The translations under genes and the position numbers were made by a program. Of a stretch of 64,000 nucleotides of DNA, positions 58,638 to 64,000 are shown in pieces. The DNA lies in NCBI GenBank assembly GCA_965645245.1, contig OZ287088.1:248001-312000 (forward strand). Reading direction: 5' to 3'. The notes below the pieces were generated by a model. That model made no database searches, had not been told where the DNA came from, and worked only from the letters and a program-made list of their open reading frames with translations. The DNA is from Massalongia carnosa. Lineage: Eukaryota. Positions within the stretch are counted from its first letter, which is position 1, and every line of letters begins with the position of its first letter.

Positions 58638-61203
58638 ATGTCGACAGTCACCATCCTACCCACTGGGCTGGTGCTAGTCCTGTTGATGGTCGTCGTCCTC
58701 TGCATCAGTGGTCAAGCTCATGCTTTTGGCGCGGGCAATATTCCCGAGACGTCTCTACTCGACGGGCATTTGTGGCGTCATGGAGACATTGCCGATCTTC
58801 TGATCAACCTTCCGATGAGCTTCATCACCAACCGGCCGTTTAAAGTCATGGACGTTAAGGTGATATATTTTGGCAACTGGCTTCGTGATTACAGCCAGTT
58901 GCTCGACGTGGGTGGTATGACCAAGATCCCAGAAGATATTTTGCGTTCGATTGTGAGTGGGATCGTAGCAAGCCTCCGAGTCGTCCGTACTCACGTAACG
59001 GTCAAGGTTTCCGTCCTGGGGCTTCATGGAGCATGGTTATGCAACCGGAGAGTTTGATGTCACGAAGGAGAGGCTGGGAGTTTATCGACCGGAAGAGCAT
59101 ATCGGTTCGTCCCTGACACAAGCACAGTGACATCGCTAACGCAACTACCCGTCGCAGATAACCCAAAGGTGACCCAGTCTGATTGATGTTGTGAGCATTT
59201 GCTAATGTTGTTGTGCCATCTAGGGCTATAAGCAAACGATTAGCAGCGAGCTGAGAGGGCCGGTCAAAGATGTTGGTATGTCGAGCGCTGATGAGGACCA
59301 GACGCACCCCGATGCTGATTCGTAGGCTAGAGTTGGAGATCGACCCGGAGATGTGTATGAAGAATTACACTGCCAATGAGGGGGTCGGTATCGATACCTC
59401 CTCGAAGTACATTCGATCACAATTGCGGAAATGTATCCAGCTTGGGCGAGCCGCTCGAACCACGGGGAGCACCGAATTGCGTAACGAGTCGTTTATTCAC
59501 CTGGGCGCCGCCTTGCATACCCTCGAAGGTTCGCTCGTTCTCCAATCGTTACGAGAGCGCTAGATGGCGAGATATTTCTAACACGCCCCCGCAGACTTTG
59601 CCGCACACTCCAACTACGTCGAGTTAGCGCTTCAGAAATGTGGCGAGCAAGATGTGTTTGCATATGTCGCTGACAACGTGAGATATGCAACCAAGACGGC
59701 CTCATCGGTCGCTCCCATTGTGACCGGCACCTTTGGCCAACTGGACCTGTGAGTTCGTACGGCTTCCACGGGAAACGGCCTGGGCTAACGGCGGGATAGA
59801 CTGCAAAGTATTCTCGGCGAAATCGACGACAAATCAGCGGCGACGAATCTCAATGACCTAGACGCGGTATGTGGTGTTATCTCTGTCCATGTGTACCTTC
59901 TAATTCGACGACGCTAAGAAAGTGTCAGCGACTCGGCTTCAATCCTGAAATCGCCAAAGATGCGCTCTGGGCGCTCCAGGTGGCTTTGAGTGCAGGGTCT
60001 GCATTGCAGATATTTAGCAGCGACATCGCCGGTGTAGCGACAAGCCTGATGAATAGCGCAAACAACGCGCCGAAACACGCGGCCGATTGGGATGCTTTGA
60101 ACAAGGCTCCCCATATGCTGTGGGATTCGATCGAGCCAATCTTTGCATTCCGCGACAGAATCGCCAAGTCCGTTAATCAACACCTCAGGATACCTTTCAT
60201 CCAACCGACTATAGCCCAGATTTCCGCTGCCATCGACGAATTCACATACTCACTCCTGGCCGCCTATATCAAGCCAATTATCCAAAATGTCCGCGAGGAG
60301 TTGGAGTCGGTGACGAGTGAGGTTGCCAAGAATGACGCAAAACGAGGGAACATCTTTGCTTCGGCGAACAACGAATCCAACCCAAGCCATTCTCAGCTGG
60401 CCAAGGATCATTTCAACAATGTCTTGAACAGCCCAGCGGGTACGCAGCCCGTTCATCTTGCCCGTGCACCATGCTAACATGTACATCCAGGCCTGGTGGC
60501 TACAGCCATCACCAACCTGACCACGCAATTGGTTGTTCGCGCGTGGGACGATGAGAAGGTGGACGCCGAGGGAATCATCAACGAGATTCTGAAATCGCTT
60601 CATCATCCATTCAACGCGGACCCATTCTGCCGCATCCAAATGCAAATGCTTGCCACTGTTGAAGTTTGGTGGAATGCGAAATCCGATGGGGAGAAGAACA
60701 AACTACGTCGCCAGCTCAGCAAAGACGGTGTTCAGAACAGGGAGAACCTGGTTATCATCGACCCGACTTTCTGGGCCACTCAATCCAAAGGGCCCGCCCA
60801 TTTTGAGGGTTCCGCACCGAAGACAGAAGCTGAGCCGGAGCTTACACCGACCGAGGCCACTGTTAGAGTCGTGACGGACATGATCTCCAGCGGCTTGGAT
60901 ACGGCGAGAAGGCTTGTTCCCGGCGGCGTCCTCGACTCCTTCGTTCTCCCCATGTCCCCCACCAACACCAATCCGCTAGACACTGCAATCGGGCAAATGG
61001 GCGATAATTTCGCCAAACAAATCATCGAAGCTAGTGTAACCATTCAGCAGATCAACTCGGCGCCGTTGCTTGGGAATTTGCTGAAGGAAACTCTCGCCCA
61101 GCAAGTCGCTGAACAAGTCAAATCTACGGTTGAAACGGTCAACGACGTTGTCCAGGCTGCTAATAAGGCCATTTCCAAGGTTACCGGTTGGTTTCGATTG
61201 TGA
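58638..61203 (+). CDS. het-c: HET-C family heterokaryon-incompatibility protein, multi-exon, with an apparent +1 frameshift at 59018-59021
   Basis: Signal peptide then 'FGAGNIP', 'WRHGDI', 'YFGNWLRDYSQ', 'YRPEEHI(D)NPK', 'LHTLE(D)FAAHSNYVEL', 'VTGTFG', 'PSHSQLAKDHF'. Family-level assignment; orthology not established. Confidence 0.88.
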
Positions 61204-61510
61204 TGAATGTCGTTTGAGGGCTTACGTATACATTGAATCGTCAATCGTCCGTATACACCGATGATCATGTTTATTCTGCAAATCGGGTTTTGTTTTGTCA
61301 TGACACACGTTCTTTACTAATCTCACAAGTCGACGATGAGAAATCGCTATTGCTCGACTCTCGTAGATTATTATTATAAATAGACAAAAATAGATAATTC
61401 TTATCAGATAAGTATTTTTATCTATCAGGTAAAAATAATCAACTCTGATTTCGTGAAAAATCAATTCTTGTATTCGTAAGCTTGTGTCATGAAACAGTTA
61501 ATATTGATAT

Positions 61511-62137
61511 GATGATGATGATGATGATGATTCTTATTCCGATGTGGTACCGGCCGAAGGCCGGCCCATGCGGGCGAGTCTATCTAGTTTTATAGTACAT
61601 GGAAAACCTTTTGAGGAAGAAAAACCATGCAATCCTGTGTCCGGCCGAGGACCCTCCGGGTCCCAGCCGTATGCTCCATGAAAAAACCTTTGACCTAAGA
61701 CAAGTATGAAAAATGAAACAAAGCATGCCTACTGTTAGCAGTAGAGATGCTGTGCTGTCAGCGAAAATTGTGACAACAAACCTGTCGTCATTAGCCCCTT
61801 TGTGACTAATTTCATTGCTTTAGATGATTCAGTGATTAATCGATAGTTGTTTGTGCCTATCGTATTTAGCAGAGTTTTTCTGTTGTCGTTGAGTTTGCAA
61901 AACATGAGCACATGTTTTGCAGTCTGTTTGTGCCAGCCACATGAGCAGTTCGGGGACGAGACGTCTGGGACTCGGTGTCTATGTAGGAAGGCGGCTAGGC
62001 CTATCTTTTCTGAGCGTATCTGAATGGCTAGCGCACTCTCCGCTTTGGCTAGAGTTTCGTGCAATTTGATGCGTTTTTTGGAGAGTGAACCTGATTGTGC
62101 CGGGGTGGGAACGGGTGTGCGTTCCTGATATGATCTC
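61511..62137 (-). mobile_element. 5'-truncated LINE (Tad1-like) insertion
   Basis: ORF2 C-terminal CCHC 'CSCG...TAKHVLMFC'; 3' GC stem-loop; (ATC)n tail; exact 16-bp TSD CAGTTAATATTGATAT at 61495-61510 and 62138-62153. Confidence 0.92.
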
Positions 62138-62355
62138 CAGTTAATATTGATATATTTAATCCAAGAAATATAATTATAGTTATAAGCATTAATTAAATTT
62201 CGATTACATATTTGATAAAGAGATTGCTCTCTTAAGTAATCGAAATAACTAATATAAATATTTCGAATTTAAAAAAAAACAAACAACTTCGTCGATCAAA
62301 TTCCGATTAATTCCTGTCGAAACTCTCGCATGTCACGAATCGAATCGCACGAACC

Positions 62356-64000
62356 CTAGGCCAAGGAAATCTCTCGAATTTTCAAGTCTTCCCTCAACAT
62401 GGCTTCTCCGTACATAATACCGTGACAGTAGCATTCACCGACCAGCACAAAACTCTCCCCTGCTCGGCGTAGGACGAAGGGGACGTTAGCGCCTTTGAGG
62501 ATACAGACAAGGTCCCCGGCCACCGTCCTGCTGGGCGCAAGCCCAATATATCCTTCTTGCGTGGCGAAGAACCGCCGACCTGCTATGGCCAGCCCAAAGT
62601 TCTCGTCGTATACCCTGGCACGCGCAAAATGTTCCCCCATCGTAGAGTGAAATGTGTCTTCTGGATTCTGCATCATTCTAACCACCGTGCGCCACGATGA
62701 GTAGTTGTCGTGATAGCTTCTAGGAACACGTTCGCCTGTGGTGGTGGTATTGCAGATCAGTGTTCTCCAGAAGGCGTCGGTCATTCTTCCACCTGCTATG
62801 TAATCAGGGTACGCACGCTGCTGCTTGGCCAGTGCCTCCGCTTCGGCATGCAGATGTTCGCCAAACGTGAACTCGGACCATCGCGTTTGAAGCTGCTCTG
62901 CAGTCCAGCCAGAGGTTACCCAGTCCGGAATCGCCGATTGTCGATTCAGTTGTGGCACGACTTCTGCTGTCGTGTGGGCCGTTCCCAAATTTTCAATCAC
63001 ATCAACGATTTTCCCTAGAACGGTTAGAATGGAGCCTCCGTAAGTGAGACAGGCATATCCTGGAGTTGGGACATTTACGGGGCAGGACGGATGCATCACG
63101 AGAGCTTTCAACATTGCAAAAAGAGTCTGGTAGAGAGCTTTCAACATTGCAAAAAGAGTCTGGTAGTGGAGAGTTTGCGCAATAGCACCTTCTTGGTGCG
63201 TAATCAACGCATTGGTCATACCTGAAGCTTGAAAAGCTGTGGGAAATGTTATACCGTAAGCAATAACTTGAGGTGACACTGTCCAATCCGGCGTCCAGGA
63301 CGGCAGGTTAGAAATACCACCTTGAAGGCCAGCAGCGGACAAAATCTGCAGAGACGAATACTGATTGATTGATGTCCATGCAAAGGAGGTGTAAATTTCT
63401 TTTACTTCTCTTGTGTAATCTGGTCGGTATGCCGGGTGATTCCCATCGCTCGAGATGCCCACAAGCGCAAAGATGTGATCCTTCTCTTCTGTAGTTAAGC
63501 TGTCTCGAAAGCGGCAAAGTAGTTCAAAAAGTGTCAACGGAGTCTTCTGCCATAAGTTAAGGCGTTGAACGCTCATGAAATAGGCCTGTTGAAGCCCGTT
63601 GAGCTTCCATTCGCTTTCTACATTCCTTAGTCGAGCATTCTCAAGCTGAGCGGACTTGACTAGGCTGATTAGGTTAGTCTTGATCAGCAGTTCGGGAAGC
63701 TGCCACAGTGGATCCCATGGAATGATCAGAGGCCCTTTCATAAGACCAATCTCTTTGGCGGAGGCTACCTCCTGAATCACCCATTTACGAGTGAACCAAG
63801 ACTCTTGGTAGAAATCACCCAGCCTTACCCAGTCCTCGGAAGCGGCTGGAGGGATCTGACCAGCATCCCTCAAAGCAACAATGTCAAGACTATGTGGATC
63901 TCGACCTTTTGTCGCCTCACTCAAATTCTTGTGCAGACCATCGATCAGCTTAATCAAACCCTGATCAGTGTTCTCGCGCGGCCCAAGCCATACGAGGACG
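62356..64000 (-). CDS. HET-domain protein of the HET-6-like type (5' end outside window)
   Basis: 'WFTRKWVIQEV' (end of HET domain), 'KDHIFALVGI', 'LPSWTPDW', 'GRRFFATQEGYIGL', 'GDLVCILKGANVPFVLR', 'LVGECYCHGIMYGEA'. Confidence 0.92.
   Translation of the reverse strand, partial: VLVWLGPRENTDQGLIKLIDGLHKNLSEATKGRDPHSLDIVALRDAGQIPPAASEDWVRLGDFYQESWFTRKWVIQEVASAKEIGLMKGPLIIPWDPLWQLPELLIKTNLISLVKSAQLENARLRNVESEWKLNGLQQAYFMSVQRLNLWQKTPLTLFELLCRFRDSLTTEEKDHIFALVGISSDGNHPAYRPDYTREVKEIYTSFAWTSINQYSSLQILSAAGLQGGISNLPSWTPDWTVSPQVIAYGITFPTAFQASGMTNALITHQEGAIAQTLHYQTLFAMLKALYQTLFAMLKALVMHPSCPVNVPTPGYACLTYGGSILTVLGKIVDVIENLGTAHTTAEVVPQLNRQSAIPDWVTSGWTAEQLQTRWSEFTFGEHLHAEAEALAKQQRAYPDYIAGGRMTDAFWRTLICNTTTTGERVPRSYHDNYSSWRTVVRMMQNPEDTFHSTMGEHFARARVYDENFGLAIAGRRFFATQEGYIGLAPSRTVAGDLVCILKGANVPFVLRRAGESFVLVGECYCHGIMYGEAMLREDLKIREISLA

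Noticed and set aside
1..64000. Starship captain (DUF3435 tyrosine recombinase) or Helitron Rep-helicase
   Set aside because: No R-H-R-Y recombinase pattern, HUH motif or PIF1 motifs recognised in any ORF.

Overview
Eukaryotic DNA from a filamentous ascomycete, judged from GT-AG introns and fungus-specific NLR, HET and HET-C genes. It is a transposon-dense accessory region with no housekeeping genes. The main structure is a complete ~6.0 kb TIR DNA transposon at 4248-19032 with an exact 8-bp TSD (CGGCAAGG). It encodes a RecQ-type helicase and, convergently, an intact 871-aa DDE-type transposase, which fits the Academ/AcademH architecture. Each terminus can fold into a multi-branched hairpin. 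A very young Ty3/Gypsy element splits the helicase (identical 357-bp LTRs, 4-bp TSD, -1 frameshift signal, extra third ORF). Further right lie a self-priming Tf1-type Gypsy relic, a Copia fragment, four Tc1/mariner-pogo elements, two MULEs, several MITEs and a 5'-truncated LINE. Interleaved with them are non-self-recognition and cell-death genes: an intact patatin-NB-ARC-TPR NLR with near-identical repeats, a decaying NACHT-ankyrin NLR, and a het-c homologue next to a HET-domain gene. Also present are two PD-(D/E)xK nuclease-like genes and a head-to-head CFEM / multi-pass membrane gene pair. All calls come from reading the sequence by eye; no database search was run.
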